Shown here piece by piece: positions 1 to 12,743 of a DNA stretch of 64,000 bases. The translations under genes and the position numbers were made by a program. The notes beneath the pieces were generated by a model. The model was given only the letters and a program-made list of their open reading frames with translations. It had not been told where the DNA came from and did not search any database. The DNA comes from Oikopleura dioica (taxonomy: Eukaryota > Animalia > Chordata). The stretch's first letter is position 1; every line of letters begins with the position of its first letter. The stretch lies in the NCBI GenBank assembly GCA_907165135.1, contig OU015568.1:5270001-5334000 (forward strand), given 5' to 3'.

Positions 1-2037
1 GGCTCATGAAAACAGAAAACCAGAGAAGTCCGAGTTTGAGGGGATACTCATCTTTTTGAAACTCATATTCGTACCACTCGAGACCACTTCTCAATAAACT
101 CTTCATCCCTTTTTGCGCTGAAAAAAGGACAATTCTTCTTTCAATATTTTGGGCAGGCAAAACTCATAAAGCAGATGTTTGAAAACATCGCACAAGGGGT
201 CAGTGAACACACAGCTGAGAAGAAGAAGAAATAGTGGAAGCGAGACACGTGACCATTTTATTTGAGAATTGTTGCTCGGCCATGGGAAACAAGGAAAGAG
301 CAATTATTGAATATTGAAAAAGCTCGGTCGACAAGTTTTTGGACAAAATTGAACAGCTGAAAAATCGAGTCGGAAAAGAGGGATGATTTGAGATCGTCAT
401 TTTCCCGTAATGATGCGATTTTGCAACATAAAAGGTGCTGAAATCAAACAAAATCCTCCTTTTTTCGCCGCGCGGAATGGATTTTCTCTCCAAATATCGT
501 ATTTTTCGCTGACCGGATGGACCTACTTTTGATCGGCCCCTCGAGTTTTGACGGATTAGCCAATTGATCATCCCTTTTTTGACAAATTTGAAATTTGGAA
601 ACTCAGAAGGCAAAAAAATACCGAGGCATCAAACGCGGGGAAAAAGACACTTGAAAATACTTTTGGATTAGGGGAGCTACTGAGATAGAAAGAGGGGAGC
701 ACCTGCAGAAATACACAACTTCGAGACAGGAAAATAATGAAGAGGGGGTATCAAAGGCAAATTAGATGGATCAAAGAGCAGTTTTAAAACCAGTTAGTTT
801 CTATCAAAAATGATCCGAGAATTAAGGGACCCCCCATCGTTATTCTGAAGGTGCCTGGAACCGACATAAAAATTCGACAAATTATGCATGTGCGGCTACT
901 CGACTGTTGATTGGTCAGTTTGCCGAATCCGTGCTTCTGATTGGTTGAAAATTTCAACGCAAAATTTGTCGGAATTTTTTGTCGGTTTCTGACAACATCC
1001 CAATTTTTCGAGTCAAAAAAAAATTTTTTGAGTCAAAATTACAAAAAAATTCATCGTTTAAGTTGTCGAAAAATATTTTCTTCGGATTTTTTGTGTATTT
1101 CTTGAGAGCCCAAACAAACCCCTTTCCTCGGAAATGAGTGACATAATCACATGCAAATAAAATATTTTGGCACTCGGCGATTCAGGAAGGGTTTCGCTCG
1201 AATTTGCCTAAAACTTCTTTTTCGACATGATTTGGGATTATTGAAAAGTGCTCAAGTATAATCCAGTTCAGCCTCCGCCGAGCTGCAAGAATCTGTCGAA
1301 AAGGCGCGAATTTCGCAAGCATCGCTGATTTTACCAAGTCGAAGGCGAGTTTCAAACGAAATCTTTTAGTAGCCTTGATGTTAGTTATTTCAAACAGATT
1401 CCAAACTTGACAGGGGAAATAATTCATTTGAAGAAATCTTTAAATCAAAAGCTTCAAGCTACGATGCTCGAGAAGATGGTCGATTTTTCGGTCGGATTGG
1501 TCGAAAAGTGAACCCTAACTTTAATAAAAATTATGTCGATTAAAAATAATGAAACTTGTCATAATTATTTTTTACTAATTTCTTTGATTTTCTGCCTTTT
1601 TAATCGAATTTTTAGCATGAATTCAAAGTTAAAAAATATCATTTGAGCCAAAAACTGCGATTTTGTCTGGCGAGCTTATTTATTTCCGAATATAAAGACC
1701 ATAATATATTTGAAAATTTGAGAAAGCTGCATTTTACATACTGAAATTTATCGACAAGCGCAAATTATCAGAATTATCTCGAGGTTCTTGTTCATCTTGA
1801 TTTTCTTTATCATTGATAAACTATCAATCTATTAGCAAAAATAACCCATGCGCTGGCGCCGCGCCATCGAGTGGCCAAAGATGGCGCTCCCGAGAAGAAA
1901 AAAGTTTTCAGCTCGGTGGCAGCGCGCCAACGACGTTCACTTGGATTACTTTGACCTAATCTTAACTTGAATTTTTACGTTCACCTAATTTTTCTATTTT
2001 TGGAAATTATCCAAAATTCACCCAAAATTGCCCAAAA

Positions 2038-3888
2038 ATGGCACCAGAGATAATAGAAGCCCCGCTGATTCCAGTTCGCCCGCTGAAGAGAAGATCCGAT
2101 GAAGGCTACAATTCGGATCATTCTGGGGCAGATTCTAGCGACTTCCCAAAGTCCGCGAAAATCAGAAAAGTTGATCTTGGAGAAGCAGCGACGAAAGAAG
2201 AGATTGATAGAGAAGGAGACATTTTCAAGAACAAGTATCATGTGAGAAAAGTCTTTTACAATTCGGCCAACGGGGTTATTTATACAGGTTAGTTATTTAT
2301 TTACAAAAAAGATATTTTTAAAATGAAATTATGAATTAATTAAAATAAAAATATTTTTCTTTCATTTTTGAATAAAAAATTTAGTTTTTATTTTTTGATA
2401 AATTTGATTGAATTTTGAATTTTTTCAGAAAAACAACATTTCATTGTAAAAACCTTAATTTTCTATTCCAGGGTACCGAAAATCCGACATGACGGAGGTG
2501 TGCATCAAACAAGTTCCCAAATCGCGCGTGACAAATTTCGGCAACCTTGGCGGCCGTCGTTTTCCCCTCGAATTCGTCATGCATGTCAACGCTGCCAAAG
2601 CTTCTTCAGGAGTTGTCAAGGTACTTTCTTTCATCCTTCAAACAATCGACTAACCTTTCTTTGCAGATCTTCGACTGGTTCGAGCGAAAAACCAGCTTTG
2701 TCTTGGTGATGGAAAGGCCAAAGAATTCAGTTGATTTGTTCGACCTTTCTGCTAAATATGGATCGCTAAAGGAAGACCCAGCGAAAATCATCTTCCATCA
2801 GGTATTAAAATTTAAAACCAAGCCTTAGTTTTTCGCCGCGATTAATAAACTAACAACTGAATACGAATGCCTATAACTATCGATAACTTTAACATATATT
2901 TTTATAAATTTTTACCAGAAAAAGAAGAATTCTCGTATTTATCAAAATTTTCTTGACTCAAATCTATCTCTAGATCGTGAGAATCTGCAAGGATATATCC
3001 CTCTCCTCCGTCTTCCACCGGGACATCAAAGACGAAAACATCCTTGTCGACACGGAAACCCTCGAAGTCAAACTCATCGATTTCGGCTGCGCCACCGAGT
3101 TCGACAAGAATCGGGTCTACTCCTCCGTCTCCGGAACACCAGAATTCTTCCCGCCAGAAGTTTTCAAAGAAAACAGCTACCGGGCCGAGCCAAGTACAGT
3201 CTGGAGCCTTGGAACGCTTCTTCATGTCTTGGTTTTTGGAGACATTCCGTTTTACAACACAGAAGACATCGTCGAAAACAAAATTTCATCAAAGGTAAGA
3301 AAACAGCGCTAGAATCTCAAAAACAACGTCCCTGGGTGGGCTCGAACCACCAACCTTTCGATTAACAGTCGAACGCGCTAACCGATTGCGCCACAGAGAC
3401 ATGTGTGCCCAAATTTCTCACTTTCATTTTCCCCCAGGGCATTTGCAAAGATGAAAAACTTGGTTATTTTTTGCTTGATTTTATTCGTTTTTATTGTTGT
3501 TTCTCGGCAGGTTTTTAGGTTTTGACATGTTTTTCGCGCTTCTTATTTACAAATGATGATATGTACAGTTACAGTTTGGCAATATACAGTTGTGTTACAG
3601 CTAGAATAAGATTGATTTTTCCATTTTGGAAAATCAGGACATGTTTTTGGCTGGTTTCTTTTTGGAATGGTCAGGGAAGTGGTTTGGGCGTTTTTGGCGG
3701 TTAAGGGTTTCAACATGTTAATTTACAGAAAGAGAAGAGCATTTAGTTGAAAGTCGGAAAAGTATCTTTTAACCAAGGGTGCGCAAGAATCTCTCCGAAA
3801 GTCGGGCGCTCTTCAACTCGATGACTCATCATTTTCTCCAGCAGATTTTGGCAGGAGTCGGATAGTTTCTTCGAAGAGTTCTAAATGA
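2038..3888 (+). CDS. Pim-family Ser/Thr protein kinase. Exons 2038-2287, 2472-2620, 2667-2801, 2974-3294; terminal exon probably within ~3729-3888 (frame unresolved)
   Basis: Spliced translation gives VCIK (VAIK Lys), FDWFER...FVLVMERP...DLFD (Pim hinge ERP), HRDIKDEN, LIDFG and GTPEFFPPE. GT-AG introns keep the frame through exon 4. Confidence 0.9.
3327..3400 (-). tRNA. trnN: tRNA-Asn (GTT), lying in the last intron of the Pim gene
   Basis: 74-nt cloverleaf GTCTCTGTGGCGCAATCGG...CTGTTAA...GGTTCGAGCCCACCCAGGGACG with A/B boxes and a downstream T-run terminator. Confidence 0.97.
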
Positions 3889-3912
3889 ATCGTTAGTCAA
3901 GTGCGTGCCCAA

Positions 3913-3986
3913 GTCTCTGTGGCGCAATCGGTTAGCGCGTTCGACTGTTAATCGAAAGGTTGGTGGTTCGAGCCCACCCAGGGACG
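3913..3986 (+). tRNA. trnN: tRNA-Asn (GTT), identical to the copy at 3327-3400
   Basis: Same 74-nt sequence, followed by CAATTTTTTT (Pol III terminator). Confidence 0.97.
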
Positions 3987-4604
3987 CAATTTTTTTCGAT
4001 TTTGGGAACCATAAAGCTTTGAAAAATTAGTTTTTATCGGATTTTTAGATGAACAGCCGGGTGAAATAGCTCTAAAAATATCCCTAGGATTTATAAGGCA
4101 TTCGTTCGTCAATGAAAAATATTTTCTTTATGAATAAATCAATAAAAAAATTTCAAGAAAAGCTTCGAAATTTTCTTTCTTTATGAAAAATCAAGCTCTT
4201 GTTTCATCAAAAATTCACAACCAACCCGGAAAAACAATCTTTTTCCCCCCTTCCTCCGGAAATGAATTTCGCAATGCTGTTGCTATTTCGCGCAATAAAT
4301 ATTTTTTCCCTTGGCCGCATGTTTTGTGGTCTTGAGTTTGCGCGAAATGTCTCCCAAAATATCTAAACAGCGAATTATGACATGGAAGCAAGCTTCTTTC
4401 ATCCGCCGACGATATTCAAAAGCGGCATCAAAATATAATAAAAAGAGGGATTAGACGCAAGAACTGTGTTTTGCTGTTTTGGTCGGGGAGATATTGAAAA
4501 GTTCAAGGAACCAATGACGTTTAAAATTGAATAAGATGACAAAATAAAAATTTTCTAAATATCATTTTTTGAGAATAAGACTCTGACACCCTTAATCTTT
4601 TTCT

Positions 4605-4780
4605 AAATTCATTTTTTTTTTCATTCATGAACGAAAACTCCTATTTAATTTTGAGATTTATTATAAGCATTGTGACACCCTTATTTCTCTGAAAAAGCAG
4701 CAAATAAGGGTGTTACAATGCTAATAATTAATCTCAAATTCAAAGGGCGTTTTCGCTCATGAATGAAAAAAAATGAATTA
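4605..4780. repeat. Foldback/MITE-like palindrome with ~80-bp imperfect arms
   Basis: Left arm ...AGCATTGTGACACCCTTATTT pairs with right arm AAATAAGGGTGTTACAATGCT.... The ACACCCTTATTT motif recurs near 9128, 32085, 39456 and 55612. Confidence 0.75.
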
Positions 4781-6649
4781 TACAAAGATTTTGGATGATG
4801 ATCCGATTTTGATCCCTTTTTTGAACCCTCTTTTACCGGATCACGTGGTTATCAAACTTCCGCAGGTTCATGATCAACAGATCCGCGGATCAAAAGCTCT
4901 CATTCCGGAAATGGCGCCCAACTCGGAAGCTACCCTTAACCTCGCTCACTAGGTCACGTGATTCAAGTTCATGCACCCACGTGATCGTACACAAATCATT
5001 TTAAAGAAAAGAAGGGTTGACAAATATTCATACCTCGAAAGAATGGGAGGAATAAATATTGCATAAATAATGAGAAAAAAAGGGGAAGAGACGCCCTTAA
5101 TCCAGCGCGGGAACATAAAAACACCGAGGATTTACAAAAAAAGACAGCCCGTCGAATCGTCAATGTCAAATTCAATTTCAAGTACCATTGAATTTCCACC
5201 TTGAATCGTTAAATTTTTAATGGGACTTTTGATGAGCCGACGCATCAGTTTTTTATGAATGATATAAATTTCGGTGTTTAACAATGTCAAATTGGTCAAT
5301 TTTGTAGCATTCTTTGGATATTGAGGAATGTAGGGGACAATATGAAAACAAGATATTTGCGGTCATGTGACACAAGCTGACAAAAGGTTTTTGTAATTTG
5401 GGTTTTGGTCAAGATCAAGAGCACCAGTCACGTGAGAAAACCGCTAGAGCATACACAATTATTACAAACATAGCTTTTAGGAGAATGGGCAAACAGTATA
5501 ACACATACAGTATGTATGTATGTGACATACTGTATCTGGGATACTCTTAAAGAGCGACTTTTACTGGAGACCATAAGTTTCTTTTCTGATTATTCAGTAT
5601 GAAATTTTTTCTCAATCAAATCCATGAACCATTATAAAATCTTTTACCTATTTTTCTTGAGATGCCAGCTATTAATCTGCTTTAATATCTCAGATAGAAA
5701 ATCCGCAACTTGCAAGGAGTGTAATTGATAATTTGTCCAAACTAAATGCCAAGGGATTGATGCTCAATGAAAACTCATGCTTCATAAATATTTCAACCCC
5801 GAAATCTCCTAATAACCCAAAATGATCCTCAAGTCCGTTATTTGTCACTGTCAAAGCTCAAGGGTGAGTCCATCAAGTCACTCTCCTCATCCCTCCATTT
5901 GACAAATGAATCTCCAATCGATCGAGCTTTACGTCAACCCTCATCCCTTTTAATCCCCATAAAACCCCTTACTACCCGTCGTGAGGCCTCAAAAGTACCT
6001 GTCCATTCCTGTTGAAGTCAACTTGAAATGGCCGTTATCTGTACATGGAAGTGGGAAAAAGGGATGATCTAGGGCACTCAAGCTGGAGTTGAGGATTTCC
6101 GAGGTAAAGGGGGTTGTTTTTATTTTTCGGGAAAATACGCTTTGATGGAAATCAGCTGAGTGGCGAAAAAGGGCTCATTTGCGAGAAAGGAACGCGAATT
6201 GCCGAAGCTTTCTGAGGGCCAAGTATTTTTACTAAAAACACTAATTTGAAGGAAAGATAACAGTCAAGTGTACTTTTAATTGATGAAAATTTTTTATTCA
6301 AATAATTTCTATATTTATTTTTGAAAAGAAGAAAGGAATAAATCATCTTCAAAGATCCAATAAAAAGAAACATGTCTTGAAAAATTTGAAAGGGCCACGT
6401 GACCGAGCCTCGAATTTCCATGTCAATTTGTCGGTGCGGGAGATTTTATTTCGGTCAAGTTCGATTTTAGGTTTCTTCTTTTTGACAGTGGGAAAATATC
6501 GGTCGGGCGGGGCTTATCTCGAAGAAACCACTTCAACTTGAGTTGCGTTTTCAAAATTCTCATCCCTCTTCTTCTTTGTCACCTTTTTTGAATTGGAGAT
6601 TTTATGGTGATTTGGAAGGGGAAGGAGGAGATTCTGTGAATATATAAAA

Positions 6650-6928
6650 AGGGGAGGCCTTGTTCATCCTCTTAATTACTGTATAAATACGCTTGTTCAT
6701 CATTCGGCCACGTGACTTTAGCTGGAGGCTACGTGGCCGAAAGGATGAACAAGTGCACATATCTAGCAATTTATAAGGGGGCCTTGTTCATCCTCTAAAT
6801 TTCTGCATGAAAGCCCTTGTCCATCTTCTGGCCACGAACCTGAAATAGTTCTGACTGAAGGCTACGTGGCCAAAAAGGTGAGCAAGGGCACACTTGCAGC
6901 AATTGAGCGAATGATCAAGGCCACCCCT
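6650..6928. mobile_element. MITE-like element with 18-bp TIRs and two internal hairpin units
   Basis: AGGGGAGGCCTTGTTCAT ... ATGATCAAGGCCACCCCT (16/18 inverted match). Internal CTTGTTCATC-TTCGGCCACGT...ACGTGGCCGAA-GATGAACAAG occurs twice in diverged form. Confidence 0.55.
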
Positions 6929-7993
6929 CATTGATAATTTTCGCGTTACAAAATAGCTTTACATGTTGAGCAAAATAATTTGACCTCGCTACATGTCAAC
7001 ACAAGCAAAATGTCTCCTTTCTAGATGTCTGTAACATATTTGAGTGACGCAAGCCGGAACCGATTTTTATTTACCAACAACCGGTTGCCCCGTGTTCGCA
7101 AATTCCACCAGCGTTTTTCGCCCGTGCGGTAACAAACACATAATACAAAGTGGGCAAAAAGCAAGTGAAAAAAGGAGGGAGACTAATTGAGGGAAGGATA
7201 TTATGCGAATAATAAGGGTTGAGGCTGCGTGTGGCTCACGTGACATTTTTCCAGCGGGTTTTGGTTTTCATTTTTTAAAATATTTAGTAAGTATTTTTGT
7301 ATTTTTTGGAAAAATTATTGTCATAAATTCTGACTCATCTCTAAAATGAACCATTTCGGGTCGAAAAATTAGGGTCTCACTAAGAAAAATCAAGAAGAAA
7401 AACAGAATTACGCCCTTAGATGGAAAGGTCAAATAGACGAAGGGATGATCCTGTGAACTGATCCAAATCCTCGAGTCCACGATCAAATGATCCCTTCATC
7501 CCCTTTTTTCTCGACAAAAGAGCACCTTGGCCTTTCAAGACTGTTCCGCTCAGCTGTCGTCGAAAAATGTACGAATCCATTCGACCGAAACCTTGTTCAT
7601 GTTTTTGCGCAAATTTACGACAAAGTGGCTTCTTTTTTTGTGATTTTTTTGGGGCGGAAGTTGAACGCACTCAGCCCTGTTTTGGAAGAATTCAAAGGCG
7701 ACTCGTGTACTTCCGCTTTTCTTTTCTTTGGTTTTGACTTTGACCGGAAGAATAAATTTTAAAGTTTATTTTGACTTGAAAGGCCATCTTCAACTTGAAG
7801 ATTCAAAAACTATTCAAAACAATAAATATTGAGGCAATAGCATATTTCCGGCCAGAGAAAAGTGACTTTATTAGACAAAATAAAAATAGGTTTTCTTGAG
7901 AAATTAAAATTTTGGCTTGAAAACCTGTCGTGAAACCTGACTCAGGGTTTTTAAGTTCTTGCGAAGAAGAAAATCTGCAGCTTTTTCGATATT

Positions 7994-8527
7994 CAGGGCC
8001 TGACTCAGGTTTTTACGCAGGTTTTCGACCTACTGATACTCAGGGCCTGAGTCAGGTTTTTACACAGGTTTTCGACCTACTGATACTCAGGGCCTGAGTC
8101 AGGTTTTTACACAGGTTTTCGACCTACTGATACTCAGGGCCTGAGTCAGGTTTTTACACAGGTTTTCGACCTACTGATACTCAGGGCCTGAGTCAGGTTT
8201 TTACACAGGTTTTCGACCTACTGATACTCAGGGCCTGAGTCAGGTTTTAACACAGGTTTTCGACCTACTGATACTCAGGGCCTGACTCAGGTTTTTACAC
8301 AGGTTTTCGACCTACTGATACTCAGGGCCTGAGTCAGGTTTTTACACAGGTTTTCGACCTACTGATACTCAGGGCCTGAGTCAGGTTTTTACACAGGTTT
8401 TCGACCTACTGATACTCAGGGCCTGAGTCAGGTTTTTACACAGGTTTTCGACCTACTGATACTCAGGGCCTGACTCAGGTTTTTACACAGGTTTTCGACC
8501 TACTGATACTCAGGGCCTGAGTCAGGT
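7994..8527. repeat. 47-bp tandem minisatellite, 11 full units plus a partial unit
   Basis: Unit CAGGGCCTGA(G/C)TCAGGTTTTTACACAGGTTTTCGACCTACTGATACT at a fixed 47-bp period, with no spacers. Confidence 0.97.
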
Positions 8528-9124
8528 TATTATTAAATTTGCTGAGCAAAGATTGGATCATTTTTTCTGCATTTCTTGAAAAAAAGGTTCGTGAAAGCTC
8601 ATTATAAATTTTGAAAACAGCTTACAAGCTTCCTAATCCATCACCCTTAATTTCCCATGATATAACATTGTGTCAAAATTTGATGCATTAGCGCACTTGT
8701 CCGCGCTGGAATACTTTTTTCCCAGGTGTCAGGTCCAAACTCGCTAATTACTCAAAATAAGCCTCGTTACATAAAACCCCAACAAATACGCGGTCAAAGA
8801 GCCAGAAAGAATTGAGTATTACTCAATCCGCTAGAAGGGCTTTTCCGGGCGAAAACAGAAAGGGCGGTGATTTTGCATAATCGCTGGGTTGCATCGTTGC
8901 ACAATATTCAGGGTGAATTTCAACTGTCAAGGAAATGGAGATGAGTAAGGATTGTTTCTTGACAGAAAACATATGCTTTTGTCCAAAATGAAATTTATCA
9001 AAGATTCGAGATAATGCCTGTTTTTCGACATTCTGCTCGAAAATCGAAAATTTTCTCAAGAAAAAAAGAAGATTGGCGCGAAAACTTGAGTCAGGGTCCC
9101 TCGCAATTATTCTTGTGCTTGTTA

Positions 9125-9284
9125 ACTGACACCCTTATTTTGTTGAAATCTTTGTTTTATAAAAGAAAGCCTGACTCAGAAATCCTGAGTCAGGATCCTT
9201 AAAAAGCTTGAGGCTTAGGTTTTCAGGAACCTGAGTCAGGGTTTCTTTGATAAAACAGAGATTTCAACAAAAAAGGGTGTCAGT
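9125..9284. mobile_element. MITE-like hairpin with ~55-bp arms carrying CCTGA(G/C)TCAG motifs
   Basis: ACTGACACCCTTATTTTGTTGAAATC...CCTGACTCAG versus CTGAGTCAGGG...GATTTCAACAAAAAAGGGTGTCAGT. Confidence 0.7.
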
Positions 9285-10261
9285 ACACAAACTCAAAAAT
9301 TACAGCGCTTTAAATTTTAGTTTAAAGCTTGTCACACGGTGTGACTCACACCATTAAAATCTGCGAAGAGCTAAATTTATGAAAGGGTTGACAAGTTGAG
9401 TTACCAACAAAAATGCGTTTGACAGTTGAAACGGACTTGAGAAGATGCAATTACCCGTAAAAAAAGGGAGCTTTCAACTTGAAACTTTGACACAGTCTTT
9501 GTCTCCTTCTTGCGCTTTTGAGCTTGATCCGACGAGGGTTTAAACCTTTCAAGCATTGTCAAAACGATGAAGTTCTTTCTCACGCCCAAGCATCGAAAAT
9601 TTGTTTGTTTCAAAGTCGAACATCTTTAAATGGAACATTTTTTCTTCTTCCGGGAAATGAAGAGCCAATTTCTCAAAAATTTTGAAAACTTAAGATTTTC
9701 AAGTAGCTCTTGAGGGGAGAATTTTGACTGTAAACTTGCGCTTTTCCCTTTTTTCATCGATTTTTGGAAGAAAAAACTTGAAGAATTGAGAATTTTTGCA
9801 CTTGAGATAGAAATTCTTTTTTTTTTCGATCTTTCTTATTTTGAATGAAAAAAATTTTTTCTTTTAGAAAAATATTTATCCGGTGAAAATCCAGGATTGA
9901 CTGAATACAGCGTCGTTTCGTCAAATCCAAACACACATGTCCGGCAAACGTGGGGAGCAAGTGAAATCGTGCCGATCTAAGCCGATAACTTCGACGAGCC
10001 GTTTCATAATCCGCTCGAGCGACACTGCCAATTTGAAATGATTTCTTGATTTATCCAAGCGCGAAAAATTTATACATGTATTATTCTATTGCAAATTAGA
10101 AATTCTAGAGTAACTTTGACAATGAAACCTTAATTCAATGTAGACTTACTTTAATTTTCGTTTATAAATGATGAATTATCATGAAAACAAGGAAGAGAAC
10201 GAAGTGTAAGATCTATTAGTAAATCTATTTCCTAACAGTATAGCAGAGCCGAAAAAGACGT

Positions 10262-10714
10262 TTAAAATTCAGAGTATGCTTCTGAAACTTCACTTGAATC
10301 CGCTTCGTCAGATTGGCTCTCAAATGAGTTTTCTTCAATGTTGAGCTCGAGAGCGTTTTCCTCGTCGCTGGAATCCTGAAAAACTTGATTCTGCTGGCAG
10401 ATTTACTTTCTTTTTACCGATTGGCCCTGCACCATCATCCTTGATCCATCACTCGAAAGAAACTTGATCATGCCGACATATTGATGGACAGCGTTGACCG
10501 CCATCACATGATAATCCCCGTCTTCGTCGTCCATTTCTTCGATCCCGAAATCCAAGACTGTCATTGCATTTTGATCTTCTTCGATTTCTGCCGCGTCGAC
10601 TGCGTCATCTTCTCGCTCTGAAGCAGATCCGGAAATTCCTTCTTCGAAATTGTTGTCGTCCTTTTTATGATTTTTTAGTTCGCATAAAACATAAAATTCC
10701 TTAAAAATGGACAT
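10262..10714 (-). CDS. Small acidic protein of unknown function. Exons 10714-10418 and 10375-10262
   Basis: A 42-nt GT-AG intron joins the ORF (…VQGQS) in frame to DSSDEENALELNIEENSFESQSDEADSSEVSEAYSEF*. Head-to-head with the GST gene. Confidence 0.55.
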
Positions 10715-10828
10715 GGTTATTTAACACGTGATGGGAAAAATAAATTTTGTCGGTCAATATTTGACCATTGAAGCTCTTTTTGAGCATGCCAATAAAATAG
10801 TCACTTCCAATCAGAGAGAGCTAGAAAA

Positions 10829-11745
10829 ATGAGCAAACTAAAGCTTACTTATTTCGACTGCTACGGGCGCGGAGGAACTATCAGATTGTTTTTGAAGGTA
10901 TTTGAATGTATAAATTATAAATTGCTCTTAAAAATTCTTGTGTCAGCTAGCAAATGTGGATTTTGAAGACATTCTGATTCTAATGAATTCCTCATGGTTT
11001 GAGAATAAAGCGAATCTTGAACTTCCTCTTGGTCAGCTGCCAGTTCGAGAAATTGATGGGTTTCAGCTCTGTCAGACAGGGCAATCGAAAATTATGCTGC
11101 AAAGACAGGTTTCGCGGACCGAAATTGGGTCGGCAATAAATTTTGTGATTTTAGCGGGGTTGCTTGAGAAATGCTCGCTGACGGACGCAAAGGGAGAGAT
11201 GCTGTTGGAGACTCTTATCGACACGCGAACAAAGATTTGGATCGGTACTTTCGCCGTGCTTGCTGCTCAATTTCCGACTCTTCCGGGGACTCTTAGGCTT
11301 GTCGACGATACTGATGGTCCCTTTTCTTATTGAAAAAAGAAAGCCCTTTTTAACAATGTCTTTCAGAAAACAGGAAAAAACGAGCTGCTGCAATGGCAGA
11401 AATTTTCCGAAAAATGATGAACGCGAAAATCGCTGATTTCGAAAAAATTTCTCAGCCTCATTCAGTCCAACGAAAATTTCTGCGTCGGTGACTCGCTTAG
11501 CTCGATTGACATCCATGTTGTCTCTTATTACCACATACATCTTTTCTAAAGATGCTGTCATTGGCTTCGACTTTGAGGAGTTTTCTCCCAAGCTGTTCAA
11601 GGTATGAAAATTCTATTTCGGAGAGTAGTTCAAATTATCTTAGACGGCGGAAAATATCATCAGCAAAAACCAACAAATCAAAGACTTTGTTGATGAATTC
11701 CTCCCCTCGGGAAAGCCCTGTACTGCGATTGGAATTATGTACTGA
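10829..11745 (+). CDS. Cytosolic glutathione S-transferase (sigma/alpha-mu-like), with ~3 apparent small frameshifts (sequence error or pseudogene)
   Basis: MSKLKLTYFDCYGRG, PLGQLPV..IDGFQLCQT, AIENYAAKTAGL, FCVGDSLSSIDI, FEEFSPKL and a terminal exon ending MY*. Frame slips at ~11080 (G run), ~11447 (A run) and ~11523 (CT repeat). Confidence 0.85.
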
Positions 11746-11823
11746 GCAAAAATCATCATCAAAGAATAAAAAATCAAGGAGGACTCTACTCAAGCTTTTT
11801 TCTGTTTCACAATCTCAAGAGAA

Positions 11824-12344
11824 TCATTCCTGTTCTATCTCTGCGTCCGCGAATCCCATTTCTTCATCATCCGTATCCTCGTACCCGTCGGAGTCAAAGC
11901 TCAAGCTTCCATATCCACCAATAGAGCTGAGAGCCAGAAAATCACGGCAACCATATTCGACATCGAAATCCGTATCCGACCCGTCCTCCTCTTCTTCTTC
12001 AAAGAGAGCGATTCCGTAGTCGAAATCAGCGCGTTTGAGGTCAAGTTGCGTTCCGGAAATGCGTCTTACAGTCGAGTGGCGCCAGTTTGACTTCGAAAAT
12101 CGTCGGTTTAGTCCAACGGAAGGCTTTCTGCGGCGATAGGCAAATCGAGGACGCGGTTTTCGAAGGTCTGTTTTCGAGCTTTTTTATTTAATTCTAGGGA
12201 AAAGTTTATTAACATTTTGTCATTGTGAAGCTCTGTGCCTAAATCACCATAAACACACAGAATCAGCGCATCTCTCAGCCCCCATTTTCCGATTTCAGCC
12301 CAAAAATTTGTAAAAATATTTTTTATTCCTCTTTTTGAAATCAT
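11824..12344 (-). CDS. Hypothetical protein with a basic middle and an acidic C-terminus (probably 2 exons)
   Basis: About 118 open codons at 12178-11824 (…RKPRPRFAYRRRK…FEEEEEDGSDTDFD…EIEQE*), joinable by a short GT-AG intron to the 12344 ORF. Confidence 0.45.
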
Positions 12345-12743
12345 GCTGCTTTCTAAATCCCGATAATGAAATCAGGGGGGATAACTGTTATACGAGGATA
12401 ATAGTATTGACATCAAGTCAATAAAACTATTTGAAGCTAACTGTAAGCTTTTTTTAATCCAATTTATCGGCTCGAAACGAAAAACAAGCCTTCAGCCATT
12501 TATAAGTTATAACTACCTTAACTTATCAGATTTTGCCTTATTAATATTCTCATTTGTTAAATAAATGCCCGCATTAATGAATTTTATAAAGAATTAAAAA
12601 TATTTTTACCGAAAATTTTTCAAAATAAAAGAAAGAATTTTCCGTCTTGAATTTTAAAAGCCCCGCCCAACGAAATTCTGGGCGTAGCTAGTAGCTACTA
12701 TCTACTTCGAAATCTGAAAAATCAACAAAGAGAGAAAAAAAAA

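Noticed and set aside
1-613. Overlapping short ORFs at the left edge
   Set aside because: No recognisable motif or consistent splice model.
7268-7762. Three overlapping ORFs on both strands
   Set aside because: Could be an exon, but strand and frame cannot be decided and no motif was found.
7994-8527. CRISPR-like regular repeat
   Set aside because: No unique spacers, a pure tandem unit, eukaryotic context and no cas genes.
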